DNA of 64,000 bases from an uncultured Actinomycetota bacterium (GTDB lineage Bacteria; Actinomycetota; Actinomycetes; S36-B12; UBA10799): assembly GCA_963818505.1 (NCBI GenBank), contig CAWFSJ010000005.1, forward strand, positions 10,149-74,148, read 5' to 3'. The notes beneath the pieces were generated by a model. It saw nothing but the letters and a program-made list of their open reading frames with translations. It was not told the origin of the DNA and made no database searches. Positions 30,251-41,741 of the stretch are shown here, one piece after another; the first letter of the stretch is position 1, and every line of letters begins with the position of its first letter. Position numbers and translations under genes: made by a program.

Positions 30251-31533
30251 GGCTCGCCCGGACCCGTTACGATCTGCACCCGAGCGATTCGCCGGTGGTC
30301 CATCTCCACGACCGTGAGACTACTTCCGGCAAGATCGACACGATCACCCCTCGCGGGAAGTCGTCCCAGTTGGGCCACCATGAAACCGGCCACGGTCTCA
30401 TAGGGCCCGTCCGGCAGTTCCAGCCCGACCTCATCCTGCAGATCGTCAAGGCTGAGCAGACCGTCCACCTCGATCTCACCGCCGGGCCGGTAGGTGGGTG
30501 TCTGTCGGGAGTCGAACTCGTCGCGGATGTCGCCGACCAACTCCTCGACCAAGTCCTCCAGCGTCACGATTCCCGCCGTGCCGCCGTACTCGTCGACCAC
30601 GATCGCCATGTGACTACCTCTGTCGCGCATCTCCTGCATCGCCGCCAGGATCGCCTTGCTGTCGGGGAAGCGCTGCACCGGCCGCACCAGCCGCTCGATG
30701 CGCAGCGAGCGCTTGGCCATGTCGGGGTCGAGCAGGTCGCGCACATGCACGAACCCGACCACGTCATCAGCCGACCCATCCACGACGGGGTAACGCGAGT
30801 GCGGCATCTCCCGGATCTTCCCGACGGCCTTGGTCACGGGCAGAGCCGCGTCCAGGAACTCCACCTCAGTCCTCGGCACCATGACCTCGGCAAGTTCCCT
30901 GCCGCCGGAGGTGATGACTTCGTCGATCAGGTCGCGCTCCTCGGTACTGAGGGAATCCTGAGCCGCAACTAGGCCCCGCAACTCCTCCCCCGAGATGCCC
31001 TCCTTCGCCGCGTCCGGGTCCCCACCGAGCAGTCTGACCACGGCGTCGGTGGAAACGGACAGCAGCCAAATGAATGGTCGGAAGAACTTGGCGATTCCGT
31101 CGACCGGACCAGCCACCGCCAGCGAGACGGCCTCCGCGCGCTGCAGGGCCAGGCGTTTGGGCACCAGTTCACCGAAGACCAACGACAAGTAGGCGATCAC
31201 GACTGTCACTGCGACGAAGGCAAGAGAGGACGCCAATGATGTAGGCAGGCCAAGGCTTTCCAACCACGGTGTGACCTGCGGCGCGATCCGGGACGCACCG
31301 AATCCCGCGGACAGGAAACCGGCCAGCGTGACTCCGACCTGCACCGCGGCGAGGAACCGGTTCGGTTCACTCACCAGGCTCCTAAGGCGGCGACCGCGCG
31401 AACCCTCGGTCCCGGCCAAGTGCTGGACCTGGGACTCGCGCAGGCTGATCAGGGCCGTTTCGGCGGCGACGAAGAAGCTGCCGATCAGGGTGAACAGCAG
31501 CACGACCCCGATGTTGGTCAGCAATTCACTCAC
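30235..31533 (-). CDS. CNNM/HlyC-CorC family transporter (DUF21-CBS-CorC_HlyC)
   Basis: N-terminal four-TM DUF21 region, a CBS pair, and a C-terminal CorC_HlyC-like domain (IEVDGLLSLDDLQDEVGLELP). Confidence 0.9.
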   Translation of the reverse strand: MSELLTNIGVVLLFTLIGSFFVAAETALISLRESQVQHLAGTEGSRGRRLRSLVSEPNRFLAAVQVGVTLAGFLSAGFGASRIAPQVTPWLESLGLPTSLASSLAFVAVTVVIAYLSLVFGELVPKRLALQRAEAVSLAVAGPVDGIAKFFRPFIWLLSVSTDAVVRLLGGDPDAAKEGISGEELRGLVAAQDSLSTEERDLIDEVITSGGRELAEVMVPRTEVEFLDAALPVTKAVGKIREMPHSRYPVVDGSADDVVGFVHVRDLLDPDMAKRSLRIERLVRPVQRFPDSKAILAAMQEMRDRGSHMAIVVDEYGGTAGIVTLEDLVEELVGDIRDEFDSRQTPTYRPGGEIEVDGLLSLDDLQDEVGLELPDGPYETVAGFMVAQLGRLPARGDRVDLAGSSLTVVEMDHRRIARVQIVTGPGEPQAED

Positions 31534-31686
31534 ACGCTCAAGGGTAGAGGTGGGGTGCTAGGTGTCACCGAGGGCGTGGTTGTGACCAGGTAGTGGGTGG
31601 TGCCGGCTGCGCCCAAGCAAAGCTGGAAACCGACCACCCAGTTGCCCGTTTCCAACACCGCCGGCCGTCAGCCCGCTAAAGGCACC

Positions 31687-32448
31687 TCAGCCGGTGAACT
31701 CCGCCACGACTGCCGCGTGGTCGCTCCAGCGCTGGGCGTAACTATCCGCCCGACCCACGGTGAACGACCGGCACGACGCGGCGAGGTCCGGGGACGCCAG
31801 CACATTGTCAATGCGCCAGCCGGCGTCGTTGTCGAAAGCCTTACCGCGCCAGGACCACCATGTGTAGCCAGCATCGCGGCCAAGATCCACCCAGCCCAAC
31901 TGGTCGTACCAGTGGTCCAGGTAAGCACGCTCAGACTCCAGGAACCCCGCCTTGCCGACGTTGCCCTTCCAGTTCTTGATGTCGGCCTGCCGGTGAGCGA
32001 CGTTCAAGTCGCCGCAAACCAGCGCGGAACTTCGTTGCTCCATCCACTTGCCCATAGCCGCCAAGAAGCGGTGCTTGTCATCCTGGGCAGGGGTATCCGC
32101 CTCGCCGGTGTGCACATACACCGATGCGACCTCCAGCTGGCGGTTCGGTGTCGCCACCTGCACCGCGAGCCAACGCCCTTGCTCGTCGGCTTCACCGAGA
32201 TCCTCGGCAACGGTCAAGGGCCAGCGGCTCAACACCGCCACCCCGGCATGTCCGGCGCGCACACCCGACGGACGATGCAGCACGTGCCAGCCGTCGAAGG
32301 TGTCGCCCAACGCGGTGGCCAGTTGGTCATCGGTCGCGCGGACCTCCTGAAGGCAGAGGATGTCCGCGCCTTGAGCACGCAGCCAAGCGAGCCCACCACG
32401 ACGGGCAGCAGCGCGGATGCCGTTGACGTTGGCGCTGACCAGCCTCAC
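31687..32448 (-). CDS. xthA: exodeoxyribonuclease III
   Basis: ORF trimmed to GTG 32448 ([14 protein letters not shown]), which overlaps the icd stop (GTGA). LCLQE and WSDHAAV motifs are present. Confidence 0.9.
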   Translation of the reverse strand: MRLVSANVNGIRAAARRGGLAWLRAQGADILCLQEVRATDDQLATALGDTFDGWHVLHRPSGVRAGHAGVAVLSRWPLTVAEDLGEADEQGRWLAVQVATPNRQLEVASVYVHTGEADTPAQDDKHRFLAAMGKWMEQRSSALVCGDLNVAHRQADIKNWKGNVGKAGFLESERAYLDHWYDQLGWVDLGRDAGYTWWSWRGKAFDNDAGWRIDNVLASPDLAASCRSFTVGRADSYAQRWSDHAAVVAEFTG

Positions 32449-33659
32449 GCCATTCTTGCCTGGAGGTTCTCGTCGATGGAGGCCAAGAACTCCTGCGTGG
32501 TCTGGAAGGGCTGATCCGGGCCGATGAGCAGCGCGAGGTCCTTGGTCATCTTGCCGCTCTCGACCGTCTCGATGCAGACGCGTTCGAGGGTCAGCGCGAA
32601 GTCCGTCACCTCGGGCGTGCCGTCGAGCTTGCCGCGGTGGGCCAACCCCTGGGTCCACGCGAAGATGCTCGCGATCGGGTTGGTCGAAGTCGGGTTGCCC
32701 TGCTGGTGCTGGCGGTAATGCCTGGTGACGGTTCCGTGGGCGGCCTCGGCCTCAACCGTCTTGCCGTCCGGGGTCATAAGCACAGAGGTCATCAGCCCGA
32801 GTGAACCGAAGCCCTGGGCGACGGTGTCGGACTGAACGTCTCCGTCGTAGTTCTTGCACGCCCAGACGTAGCCGCCCTCCCACTTCATGGCAGCTGCGAC
32901 CATGTCGTCGATCAAGCGGTGTTCGTAGGTGATGCCCGCAGCTGCGAACTCATCCTTGAACTCGGCCTCGAACACCTCGGCGAAGATGTCCTTGAACTGG
33001 CCGTCGTAGGCCTTCAGGATGGTGTTCTTCGTCGACAGGTAGACGGGGTAGCCGCGCGTCAGGCCGTACCGCATGGAAGCCCTCGCGAAATCCCGGATGG
33101 AGTCGTCGAGGTTGTACATCCCCATGGCCACACCGCCGCCCGGGAAGTCGTACACGTCGAACTCCATCGGCTCCGAGCCGTCGGCCGGGGTGTAGGTCAT
33201 GGTCAGGGTTCCCGGACCGGGGACCTTGAAGTCCGTGGCACGGTACTGGTCACCGAAGGCATGACGGCCGACGACGATCGGCTTGGTCCAACCGGGGACC
33301 AGGCGCGGGATGTTGCTGATGATGATCGGCTCGCGGAAGATGACCCCGCCCAGGATGTTGCGGATGGTGCCATTGGGCGAGCGCCACATCTTCTTCAGCC
33401 CGAACTCTTCGACCCGCGCCTCGTCCGGGGTGATTGTGGCGCACTTGACGCCCACGCCGTACTTCTTGATCGCCTCTGCTGAGTCGATCGTGATCTGGTC
33501 GTCAGTGGCATCCCGGCTCTCGATACCGAGGTCGTAGTACTTCAGGTCCACATCGAGGTACGGAAGGATCAACTGCTGTTTGATGAAGTCCCAGATGATC
33601 CGGGTCATCTCATCGCCGTCGAGTTCGACGACCGGGTTGACTACCTTGATCTTGGTCAT
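32445..33659 (-). CDS. icd: NADP-dependent isocitrate dehydrogenase (eukaryote-like type II homodimeric form)
   Basis: ORF trimmed to ATG 33659 ([23 protein letters not shown]). 404 aa, resembling Mtb ICD1. Confidence 0.95.
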   Translation of the reverse strand: MTKIKVVNPVVELDGDEMTRIIWDFIKQQLILPYLDVDLKYYDLGIESRDATDDQITIDSAEAIKKYGVGVKCATITPDEARVEEFGLKKMWRSPNGTIRNILGGVIFREPIIISNIPRLVPGWTKPIVVGRHAFGDQYRATDFKVPGPGTLTMTYTPADGSEPMEFDVYDFPGGGVAMGMYNLDDSIRDFARASMRYGLTRGYPVYLSTKNTILKAYDGQFKDIFAEVFEAEFKDEFAAAGITYEHRLIDDMVAAAMKWEGGYVWACKNYDGDVQSDTVAQGFGSLGLMTSVLMTPDGKTVEAEAAHGTVTRHYRQHQQGNPTSTNPIASIFAWTQGLAHRGKLDGTPEVTDFALTLERVCIETVESGKMTKDLALLIGPDQPFQTTQEFLASIDENLQARMA

Positions 33660-33660
33660 G

Positions 33661-34611
33661 TCACAGGTCCTGAACGTCGGCCTGCTTGGCCCGAACCGCC
33701 TCGGCTGCCGCATTCAGGTCGCTGAGTTCGGTCTCGGTGAGGTCGGTCTCAACCACGCGACGCACACCCTCGCGGCCGATCTCGGCCTCCACTCCGAGGT
33801 ACACACCCTCGATGCCGTACTCGCCGTCCACCCATGCACACACGGGCATCACGTCGCCGCTGTCCTCGATCACTGCCTTGGCCATTCGGGCGGCTGCCGC
33901 AGACGGGGCGTAGTACGCCGAACCGGTCTTCAGCAATGCCACGACCTCAGCGCCTCCCTGGCGGGTGCGCACGACCAGTTCTTCGATCTCCGCTTCAGGC
34001 ATGACATCGGCGAGTGGCTGGCCGTCGACCGTGCAGCGCGACGGTACCGGCACCATGGTGTCGCCGTGGCTGCCGAGGGTCAGGGTCTTCACGCTGGCGA
34101 TCGGCTTGCCGAGACGCTCAGCGACGAAGTGTGAGAATCGCGCTGTGTCGAGCATCCCTGCCTGACCCATCACACGCTTGTGTGGGAAGCCGGTGGCCAG
34201 TTGGGTGAGCGCGGTCATCTCGTCCAGGGGGTTGGACACCACGATCACGACTGCCTCGGGGGCGTGCCGAGCGACGTTCTCAGCGACCTGACGAACGATC
34301 TTCGCGTTGGTCTCGATGAGGTCCATGCGGCTCATGCCGGGCTTGCGGGGAAGACCCGCGGTGACGACCACGATGTCCGAGCCTGCGATGGCCTCGTAAC
34401 CGGAGCCGTCGAGTCCGGTCGTCTGCCCGACAACCTTGGTCTCGAAGCCCTCCACCGGCCGGGACTGGTTCATGTCCAGGGCCAGACCTTCGGCCTTGCC
34501 CTCCACGATGTCGGTCAGGACAACTTCGTCGAAGACGTTGTACTCGGCCAATCGCATGGCCGTTGTCGACCCATAGAAACCTGCTCCGACAACCGTGACT
34601 TTTCCGCCCAT
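33661..34611 (-). CDS. mdh: malate dehydrogenase (LDH-like MDH family)
   Basis: Motifs [15 protein letters not shown] and GSHGDTMVP. One-nt spacer to the icd start. Confidence 0.95.
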   Translation of the reverse strand: MGGKVTVVGAGFYGSTTAMRLAEYNVFDEVVLTDIVEGKAEGLALDMNQSRPVEGFETKVVGQTTGLDGSGYEAIAGSDIVVVTAGLPRKPGMSRMDLIETNAKIVRQVAENVARHAPEAVVIVVSNPLDEMTALTQLATGFPHKRVMGQAGMLDTARFSHFVAERLGKPIASVKTLTLGSHGDTMVPVPSRCTVDGQPLADVMPEAEIEELVVRTRQGGAEVVALLKTGSAYYAPSAAAARMAKAVIEDSGDVMPVCAWVDGEYGIEGVYLGVEAEIGREGVRRVVETDLTETELSDLNAAAEAVRAKQADVQDL

Positions 34612-34683
34612 GACACACCTTTCGAATGATGTTTTGGCCCGCAGTCAAGCCTACCGAAGGGGACGGACAAGACCGTCACCGCA

Positions 34684-35019
34684 CTAGTTCAGAAGAAGCA
34701 GGGCGACGGCGGCCATGGCCGCACCAAGGATGCCGAATGCCGCAGCGTCCCACAGGCGGGATCGGGAGGTCAGCCAGCCTGCCGTCGCGGTGGGCAGAAC
34801 CAGTCGCAGCAGGCCGGCAAGGCCCATGGCGACAGCCAGACCAAGAAGCCCGGGCCGGGTGGCTCCGAGTGTGAACAGAGCCAAGCCCATCACAGTGAAC
34901 CCGGCGACCAACATGAACGGCCACTGGCCCGGGGGGGCTTTGGCTACCCTGACCGGCGCGGCTGCCACTGGCCGAAGTGAGGCATCCGCGATCGCGTACT
35001 CCTCACCGGCCGTGCTCAT
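34684..35019 (-). CDS. DUF3017-like integral membrane protein
   Basis: 111 aa with three hydrophobic helices. Its position directly downstream of folD matches mycobacteria. Confidence 0.7.
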   Translation of the reverse strand: MSTAGEEYAIADASLRPVAAAPVRVAKAPPGQWPFMLVAGFTVMGLALFTLGATRPGLLGLAVAMGLAGLLRLVLPTATAGWLTSRSRLWDAAAFGILGAAMAAVALLLLN

Positions 35020-35067
35020 AGGGGTAACCGTATCCCTACACGGTCCTAACCGCGTGCTACCGGGCGG

Positions 35068-35919
35068 TTAACGCGCGGCGGATTCTGCCATTTCGACAAC
35101 GTTGACCAGTAGCATCGCCCGGGTCATCGGTCCAACTCCGCCAGGCATCGGCGCCACAAAACCAGCCACCTCGCTGACTTCTGGGGCAACGTCTCCGACC
35201 AGACCGGCCGCGGTCCGGGTGATGCCCACATCCAGGACTGCGGCGCCGGGCTTGACCATCTCTGCTGTGAGAAGGCCCGGCACGCCCGCTGCCACAACCA
35301 CGATGTCGGCCTGACGGGTGAAGAAGCCGAAGTCCGGGGTTCCGGTGTGACACAGGGTGACCGTCGCGTTCTCCGACTTGCGGGTGAGCAGCAGCCCGAG
35401 TGGACGGCCCACAGTGACGCCTCGGCCGATGACTACGACATGTTGGCGCGCGATCGGCACCTCATACCGGCGCAACAACTCGACGATGCCCCTGGGAGTG
35501 CAGGGAAGCGCAGCGGGTTCGTTGAGAACCAAACGACCCAGGCTCATCGGATGCAGGCCATCAGCGTCCTTGGCCGGGTCGATCCCCGCAAGCGCCGCGC
35601 CTTGATCGAGCCCGGCCGGAAGCGGCAATTGCACGATGTACCCGGTGCACGCCGGGTCGGCGTTGAGGTTGCCCAGAGCCGCCTGCACATCCTGCTGCGT
35701 GGCAGTGGCAGGTAGATCCACTCGTATCGAATTGATGCCGATCTCAGCGCAGTCGCGATGTTTGCCAGCTACGTATGCCTGGCTGCCGGGGTCGTCGCCC
35801 ACAAGCACCGTCGCCAGTCCGGGGGTGACTCCGGCCAGCTTGAGTGCCTCGACCCGAGCCGCCAACTCCCCCCGAATGTCCGCCGCTGTCTGCTTGCCGT
35901 CGAGGATCACCGCTGTCAT
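35068..35919 (-). CDS. folD: bifunctional methylenetetrahydrofolate dehydrogenase/cyclohydrolase
   Basis: Motifs [21 protein letters not shown] and [10 protein letters not shown]. Confidence 0.95.
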   Translation of the reverse strand: MTAVILDGKQTAADIRGELAARVEALKLAGVTPGLATVLVGDDPGSQAYVAGKHRDCAEIGINSIRVDLPATATQQDVQAALGNLNADPACTGYIVQLPLPAGLDQGAALAGIDPAKDADGLHPMSLGRLVLNEPAALPCTPRGIVELLRRYEVPIARQHVVVIGRGVTVGRPLGLLLTRKSENATVTLCHTGTPDFGFFTRQADIVVVAAGVPGLLTAEMVKPGAAVLDVGITRTAAGLVGDVAPEVSEVAGFVAPMPGGVGPMTRAMLLVNVVEMAESAAR

Positions 35920-35967
35920 GGGCCCGATTCTCCCATTGCAGCCGGGACGCGATGTGCACCGGCGCTG

Positions 35968-37503
35968 TCAGTGGAAGAAGTGCCGGACCCCCGTGAAGTA
36001 CATCGTCACGCCGGCGGCACGAGCGGCCGCTACGACCTCCTCGTCGCGCACCGAACCGCCCGGTTGCACGACGGCCTTGACTCCGGCTTCGAGCAGGACT
36101 TCAAGACCGTCGGGGAAGGGGAAGAACGCGTCCGAGGCGCCGACTGCACCCATGGCACGCTCCTGACCGGCTCTGCGCACTGCGAGGCGAGCCGAGTCGA
36201 CCCGGTTCACCTGCCCCATCCCGATACCGATTGCGGCCTCGTCACGCGCGAGCAGAATCGCGTTGCTCTTCACTGCCCGGCAGGCCCTCCAAGCGAACGT
36301 TAGGTCGCGCAAAGTCGCCTCGTCCGCGGGTTCACCTGCGGCCAACTGCCAGTTCGCGGGGTCGTCGCCCTCCGCGTCGATCCTGTCTGCGGCCTGCATG
36401 AGCATGCCACCGGAGATGAAGCGCGCCTCAGGACCGGCCGAGCGGGCGGGCGCGACAAGCAACCTGATGTTCTTCTTCGACTGCAGCACCTCGAGTGCGT
36501 CGTCCTCGAACCCTGGGGCGATCACGACCTCCAGGAAGATCTCAGCCATCGCCAACGCGACCTCGCGGGTGACCGTGCGGTTGACCGCGACCACGCCGCC
36601 GAAGGCGGAAACAGGGTCGGTGTCGAACGCGGCCCTGTAGGCCGAGAGCAGATCTTCGGACACAGCGATACCGCACGGGTTCGCGTGCTTGATGATTGCC
36701 GCGGCCGGGCGTTCGAAGTCCCACGCAGTGCGGTGTGCCGCGTCCCCATCGACGTAGTTGTTGTACGACATCGCTTTACCGTGCAGCTGCTCGGCATGGG
36801 CGAATCCGCCTGCGTGTTCGTTGATGTACAACGCCGCCTTCTGGTGAGGGTTCTCGCCGTAACGCAGGACCTCGGCGCGTTGCCAAGTCGCGGCCACCCA
36901 ACCGGGGAAGCTGTCCGTGCTCTGCAGGGAACCCAACCACGACGCCACCGCCACGTCGTAGTCCGCGGTATGGCGGAACGCCTTGACCGCCAGTTCGCGC
37001 CGTTGATCGTCGGTGAAACCCTCACCGGCCTGCACTACTGCGACGACCTGCGGATAGTCATGAGGGCTGACGACCACCGCGGTGTTGGCGTGGTTCTTCG
37101 CGGCCGCCCGGACCATGGCCGGTCCGCCGATGTCGATCTGCTCGATGCAGTCCTCAACCCCGGCCCCGCTGCTGACGGTCGCGGTGAAGGGGTAGAGGTT
37201 GGCCACGACGAGGTCGACGCCGACGATCTCGTGCTCCTCAAGTGTCTGAACGTGTTCGGGCCGGCGACGATCCGCGAGGATCCCGCCGTGGATCGCGGGG
37301 TGCAGCGTTTTGACCCTCCCGTCGAGGATCTCGGGGAATCCGGTCACCTCGGCGACCTGTGTCACCGGCACACCAGCGGCGGCGATCGTGGCTGCCGTGG
37401 AACCTGTGGAGACGATCTGGACACCAGCATCGTGCAGAGCTGTGGCCAGTTCCTCCACACCGGTCTTGTCGTAGACCGAGATGAGGGCTCGACGCAGTTT
37501 CAT
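35968..37503 (-). CDS. purH: bifunctional AICAR transformylase / IMP cyclohydrolase
   Basis: ORF trimmed to ATG 37503 ([16 protein letters not shown]). C-terminal end is QPGGSVRD...FTGVRHFFH. Confidence 0.96.
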   Translation of the reverse strand: MKLRRALISVYDKTGVEELATALHDAGVQIVSTGSTAATIAAAGVPVTQVAEVTGFPEILDGRVKTLHPAIHGGILADRRRPEHVQTLEEHEIVGVDLVVANLYPFTATVSSGAGVEDCIEQIDIGGPAMVRAAAKNHANTAVVVSPHDYPQVVAVVQAGEGFTDDQRRELAVKAFRHTADYDVAVASWLGSLQSTDSFPGWVAATWQRAEVLRYGENPHQKAALYINEHAGGFAHAEQLHGKAMSYNNYVDGDAAHRTAWDFERPAAAIIKHANPCGIAVSEDLLSAYRAAFDTDPVSAFGGVVAVNRTVTREVALAMAEIFLEVVIAPGFEDDALEVLQSKKNIRLLVAPARSAGPEARFISGGMLMQAADRIDAEGDDPANWQLAAGEPADEATLRDLTFAWRACRAVKSNAILLARDEAAIGIGMGQVNRVDSARLAVRRAGQERAMGAVGASDAFFPFPDGLEVLLEAGVKAVVQPGGSVRDEEVVAAARAAGVTMYFTGVRHFFH

Positions 37504-38090
37504 ATCCGTACCTTCCGTCCTTCGACCGTGCACCCGTGGACCACAAGCGCGTTGATGACCTGTGGCAGCAATTCCCACTCTGCGGCTTTGATCCGATCGT
37601 GCAGGCTCTCCTGGTCATCGTCGGGTTCGACCACAACTGCGCGCTGAGCGATGATCGGACCGGTGTCGACGCCGGCATCCACCAAGTGGACCGTGCAACC
37701 GGTGACCGTCACGCCGTAGGCCAGAGCGTCAGCGACAGCGTGTGCCCCGGGGAAGGCAGGAAGCAACGCGGGGTGGCTGTTGATCACCCTCTGCGGGAAG
37801 CGATCCAGGAATGCCGGGTCCAGGATGCGCATGAATCCGGCTGACACGATCCAGTCCGGCGTGTGGACCGCTACGGCCTCAGCAAGTGCCCGGCTCCAAC
37901 TGGCACGGTCCGGGTATTCCGCGGGCGCCACCAACTTCGTCGGGATCCCGGCAGCAACGGCTCTGTCCAGGCCCTGTGCCTGACGGTCTGCGGCCACCAG
38001 CACGATGTCGTAGGCGCGCTTGGGATCGTCGATCAATGATTGCAGCAGGGTTCCCGTACCGGAGATCATCACGGCGACGCGGGCGGGCAC
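37500..38090 (-). CDS. purN: phosphoribosylglycinamide formyltransferase
   Basis: Long ORF 37500..38588 trimmed to GTG 38090 ([19 protein letters not shown]). [12 protein letters not shown] motif is present. Stop overlaps the purH start (ATGA). Start is uncertain by a few codons. Confidence 0.88.
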   Translation of the reverse strand: MPARVAVMISGTGTLLQSLIDDPKRAYDIVLVAADRQAQGLDRAVAAGIPTKLVAPAEYPDRASWSRALAEAVAVHTPDWIVSAGFMRILDPAFLDRFPQRVINSHPALLPAFPGAHAVADALAYGVTVTGCTVHLVDAGVDTGPIIAQRAVVVEPDDDQESLHDRIKAAEWELLPQVINALVVHGCTVEGRKVRI

Positions 38091-38125
38091 ATCTGCGATC
38101 CTAGGTCGGGACCCGGCCTTGGGGT

Positions 38126-39418
38126 TCAGGCGGGCACATCCTCGGGCTCGTCGGTCAAGTCGATGACCTCGACGGGATGCCTGCGGTGCCAGGCCCACAT
38201 CGCCAGGCGCTCGATCAGGATTCCCATGATCAGGCCCAATGTGAGGACCGCGATCACCAGCGGTGAGGGGCCCATTGAACCCAGCCGTCCGACGCCCAAT
38301 GTCCCGACGCTGATCGCCCACCAAAGGTCTATGGCTATGACGAACAGCCCTACGGCGGCGGCGCGTCCCAGCACCATCGCCCGCCAAGTGTTGGCATCCC
38401 CAGCAAGGCGTGAGAGGACGATTCCGGCTGCGACCGGAATGAGCAGACCAACCAGCCACCACGGCTGACTCGTGGTCGGCAGCAACTGCAGCCCGAGCAT
38501 GTCTATCGATTGGGGCAACCCGGCAGTGGGGGTGACGGTCGTGCCGGCCACGTCGATCCCGGTTCCCACCGCGTACGACAGGCCCCACATCAGAGTGGCC
38601 GGTACATAGCCGAGCCAGCCGATCAGCAGTGCGATCGCACCGACGATCCCGGGCTGGATCTGTGCCAACGAAAGCGAGACCTCACCATGGCCCAGCACAA
38701 TTGCCACCGCGAGGACAATGCACGCGCCGACGGTCAACGCCGCGAGCGCACCTACCGCAGGTCGGGCCAATCGCCATGCTCGCCGCAACACCTCAGTGCC
38801 CAACCGGGCCCGCATGACCATGGCCGCCGATGAGACCACAAAAGCCAGCACACCAGCATGCAGCGCAGCCCTAGCAGGCAGCGCCCAGACCCCGGACAAG
38901 GTGCCGAACAACGCAGCCAGCAAGGCGACCGCTGCGTAACCGCCAGCCAAGCTCAATGCGGCCACTGCCACAGACTTCGGATGGGCCACCGCAGCCCTGT
39001 GTGCGACCCAGCGCCCAGCAGCCCACAGGATGGCCGCAGGGAAGACGATCCACGCCCATGGCAACAGGGTCCACATCCCGTCGCCGGCGGTGAAAGGCGT
39101 TCCGTGAGCGACCAGCCAGATGTCCGCACCCACCCGCATGGCCGTGTCCGAGGCGGACTCGCCCGCCGCGAATATCCAGACGATCAGCGTGCTCACAATT
39201 GTGAGGGCCAGACCCGTGAGGGAGGCCCACAGGCCAGCCGCCACACCCGCTACGGGCAGTGGCAGAGGACCTGAACGCCAAAACGTCCCCACAGCCTCAG
39301 CCGGCGCAGCCCAGCCTGCCCGGGTGGACTTGATGCGGTCTGCCTCACGGCTGGATGCTCCGCGGTTGACCGGTCTGGTGGTACGGCTGCGCGGGCCAGG
39401 GGACGAGGCACGACTCAC
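38126..39418 (-). CDS. PerM-like polytopic membrane protein (DUF6350)
   Basis: Ten or more hydrophobic helices. Position upstream of purN matches Mtb perM (Rv0955). The track ORF start at 39559 lies inside the palindromic repeat, so I moved the start to the in-frame GTG at 39418. Start remains uncertain. Confidence 0.65.
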   Translation of the reverse strand: MSRASSPGPRSRTTRPVNRGASSREADRIKSTRAGWAAPAEAVGTFWRSGPLPLPVAGVAAGLWASLTGLALTIVSTLIVWIFAAGESASDTAMRVGADIWLVAHGTPFTAGDGMWTLLPWAWIVFPAAILWAAGRWVAHRAAVAHPKSVAVAALSLAGGYAAVALLAALFGTLSGVWALPARAALHAGVLAFVVSSAAMVMRARLGTEVLRRAWRLARPAVGALAALTVGACIVLAVAIVLGHGEVSLSLAQIQPGIVGAIALLIGWLGYVPATLMWGLSYAVGTGIDVAGTTVTPTAGLPQSIDMLGLQLLPTTSQPWWLVGLLIPVAAGIVLSRLAGDANTWRAMVLGRAAAVGLFVIAIDLWWAISVGTLGVGRLGSMGPSPLVIAVLTLGLIMGILIERLAMWAWHRRHPVEVIDLTDEPEDVPA

Positions 39419-39499
39419 TGGTCTAGGGTCGCATCCGATCCGCGAAGCCGTGGGACATACACGCCGATTGACCGGCCGCTGGGCGCAAATCGGCCGCTG

Positions 39500-39567
39500 G
39501 TTAGAGGTTGTGCTGTTGGTTAGCGTTCCAACGCGTGGATTCGCTAACCAACAGCACAACCTCTAAC
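39500..39567. repeat. 68-bp palindromic intergenic element, copy 4 (perfect 25-bp arms)
   Basis: GTTAGAGGTTGTGCTGTTGGTTAGC-GTTCCAACGCGTGGATTC-GCTAACCAACAGCACAACCTCTAAC. Confidence 0.9.
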
Positions 39568-39610
39568 CAACCGGGTCGAGAGAGGAGGCCGGCCACAGTA
39601 GCGTCGTCGC

Positions 39611-40831
39611 ATGAGCGAACCGACGGTGGCTGTGGTTCTGACAGGTGCGGCAGCGCGGGGGGCCTTTCAAGCCGGCGCGCTATCGCGCATCGTGCCCGCG
39701 CTGCAGCAGCGGGGAATGCGCCCGACGGTGTTCCTGGGCACATCGGCCGGGGCGATCAATGCTGCCTTGTGGGCCAGCATGGCCCATCTACCGCCCGAAC
39801 AGGCCGCCGAAGAGCTACTTGGGATCTGGCGCAGCATGGACAGACCCGACGTGTACGCCCACCCGGCCTGGTCGTTGCTGCGCGACGGTCTGGGACTGCT
39901 GCCCGGTGCTGTTCTCGACCGAGGGGACGGCCTGCCCGCCATCCTGGATACCGGTCCCCTGCGCAAGACCGCCGATGAGGTCCTCGATCCAGCCCAGTTG
40001 ACGGCCAACGTGGCATCTGGCCACGTTGATGCGGTCGGCGTGGCCGCTACCCGGATACCCCCGGATCTGGCGAAGACCCCGACCCGTCGTGACAGTTCCG
40101 AGCAGTGGCATATCACCCACGCACACAGCGTTCTGTTCCTCGACACGACCCTGGACACGTCCCACGTCGCAGATCCCGACCGGGCGCTTCGATTGGCGCG
40201 TGGTCCGGTTGACGCCGAACACGTCCTGGCCTCAGCAGCCATTCCCGTCGCCTTCCCCGCCATCGAAGTGCACGAGCCCGAACGGTTCGCCGGGTGGTAC
40301 GTCGATGGAGGAGTCCGGCTCAACGCCCCGCTGCGCCCGGCCGTCGCTCTGGGCGCCGATCACCTCGTGGTGATCGCTGCGCACGCCACGCGCTACCCGA
40401 CCGCGATCCCGGACCAACCAGGCGACAGACCGGATCTGGCCGATTCCGCCGCCATGACCTTGCATTCGATCCTCGCGGACAGGGTCATCGAGGACCTGCA
40501 CGACATACGCACCCGCAACCGCTGGTTGGGTCAGGGGTGCACGCCAACGTCCGACACGGGCCGGGCCTATCACCAGGTAGAACTGATGGAGGTTTCTCCC
40601 GACCCCGGCTCGTTGGCCAGCCTCGCCTCCGAGGTGCTGAGCGCGAAATCAAGGGCGTGGTGGCGCGAGAGCGACAGCATCGTGCTGGGCCGGCTGCTGC
40701 GGGGTGCGGGTGCTGGACCCGGGCAGCAGGAACTACTCAGCTACATGTTCTTCGACGACGAGTACTTCGCCAGGCAGATCGATCTGGGTGTGCAGGCAGC
40801 CGATCGGGCTCTGCGCCGGGGTTGGCAGTAA
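39611..40831 (+). CDS. patatin-like phospholipase
   Basis: Oxyanion region LTGAAARGAF, nucleophile elbow GTSAG, and catalytic Asp in YVDGGVRLNAP. Confidence 0.88.
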   Translation: MSEPTVAVVLTGAAARGAFQAGALSRIVPALQQRGMRPTVFLGTSAGAINAALWASMAHLPPEQAAEELLGIWRSMDRPDVYAHPAWSLLRDGLGLLPGAVLDRGDGLPAILDTGPLRKTADEVLDPAQLTANVASGHVDAVGVAATRIPPDLAKTPTRRDSSEQWHITHAHSVLFLDTTLDTSHVADPDRALRLARGPVDAEHVLASAAIPVAFPAIEVHEPERFAGWYVDGGVRLNAPLRPAVALGADHLVVIAAHATRYPTAIPDQPGDRPDLADSAAMTLHSILADRVIEDLHDIRTRNRWLGQGCTPTSDTGRAYHQVELMEVSPDPGSLASLASEVLSAKSRAWWRESDSIVLGRLLRGAGAGPGQQELLSYMFFDDEYFARQIDLGVQAADRALRRGWQ

Positions 40832-40840
40832 GGGCGTCGC

Positions 40841-41725
40841 CTACAGCCCAGCAACGATCTCGTGGACAAGTTTCGCGGCCTGTGCCGGGGTCTTGCCGAC
40901 ACGCACGCCCGCGGCTTCCAGTGCCTCGGCCTTGGCCGCGGCAGTCCCGGAGGAGCCCGACACGATCGCACCCGCGTGGCCCATGGTCTTGCCCTCCGGC
41001 GCCGTGAACCCAGCAACGTAGCCCACGACCGGCTTGGTCACGTTCTCCTTGATGAAAGCGGCAGCGCGCTCTTCGGCGTCGCCGCCGATCTCACCGATCA
41101 TGATGATGACCTCGGTGTCCGGGTCCTCCTCGAACGCCGCGAGGCAGTCGATGTGAGTCGTTCCGATGACGGGGTCACCACCGATGCCGACGCACGAGGT
41201 GAAACCGATGTCCCGGCACTCGAACATCATCTGGTAGGTCAACGTCCCGGACTTCGAGACCAGGCCGATGCGTCCGGGCTTGGTGATGTCCGCTGGGATG
41301 ATGCCCGCGTTGGACTTGCCTGGGCTGATGAGACCCGGGCAGTTGGGCCCGATGATGCGGGTGGTGCCGGCGTTCTCGGCGTAGGTGAAGAAGTTGGCCG
41401 TGTCATGCACGGGTACGCCCTCGGTGATGACCACCGCGAGCGGCACCTGTGCATCCACGACCTCTTGGACCGCACCCTTGGTGAACTTCGGCGGCACGAA
41501 GACCACTGACACGTTGGCCCCGGTGGCCTCAACGGCTTCTGACACCGAGTTGAAGACGGGGATCGTCGTGCCATCGGCATCGACTGTCTGCCCACCCTTG
41601 CCCGGCGTCACACCAGCCACAATGTTGGAGCCGCCGGCCACCATTCGGCGGGTGTGCTTGCCACCCTCGGAACCTGTGATGCCCTGCACCAAGATTCGGG
41701 AGTTCTCGTCAAGGAAAATCGCCAT
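40841..41725 (-). CDS. sucD: succinate--CoA ligase subunit alpha
   Basis: ORF trimmed to ATG 41725 ([18 protein letters not shown]). Phosphohistidine loop MGHAGAIV is present. Confidence 0.96.
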   Translation of the reverse strand: MAIFLDENSRILVQGITGSEGGKHTRRMVAGGSNIVAGVTPGKGGQTVDADGTTIPVFNSVSEAVEATGANVSVVFVPPKFTKGAVQEVVDAQVPLAVVITEGVPVHDTANFFTYAENAGTTRIIGPNCPGLISPGKSNAGIIPADITKPGRIGLVSKSGTLTYQMMFECRDIGFTSCVGIGGDPVIGTTHIDCLAAFEEDPDTEVIIMIGEIGGDAEERAAAFIKENVTKPVVGYVAGFTAPEGKTMGHAGAIVSGSSGTAAAKAEALEAAGVRVGKTPAQAAKLVHEIVAGL

Positions 41726-41741
41726 GTCTGTTCGTCCTCCC

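Noticed and set aside
39419-39559. N-terminal extension of the PerM-like ORF (MCCWLANPRVGTLTNSTTSNQ...), together with other ORFs that initiate inside palindromic elements (3158..3856, 3946..4128, 25668..26135, 39508..39978, 39501..39743, 61352..61630).
   Set aside because: The similar peptides (TSN.., LEVVLLVS..) merely reflect translation of the repeat in different frames and strands. They have no coding bias outside the repeat and overlap real genes.
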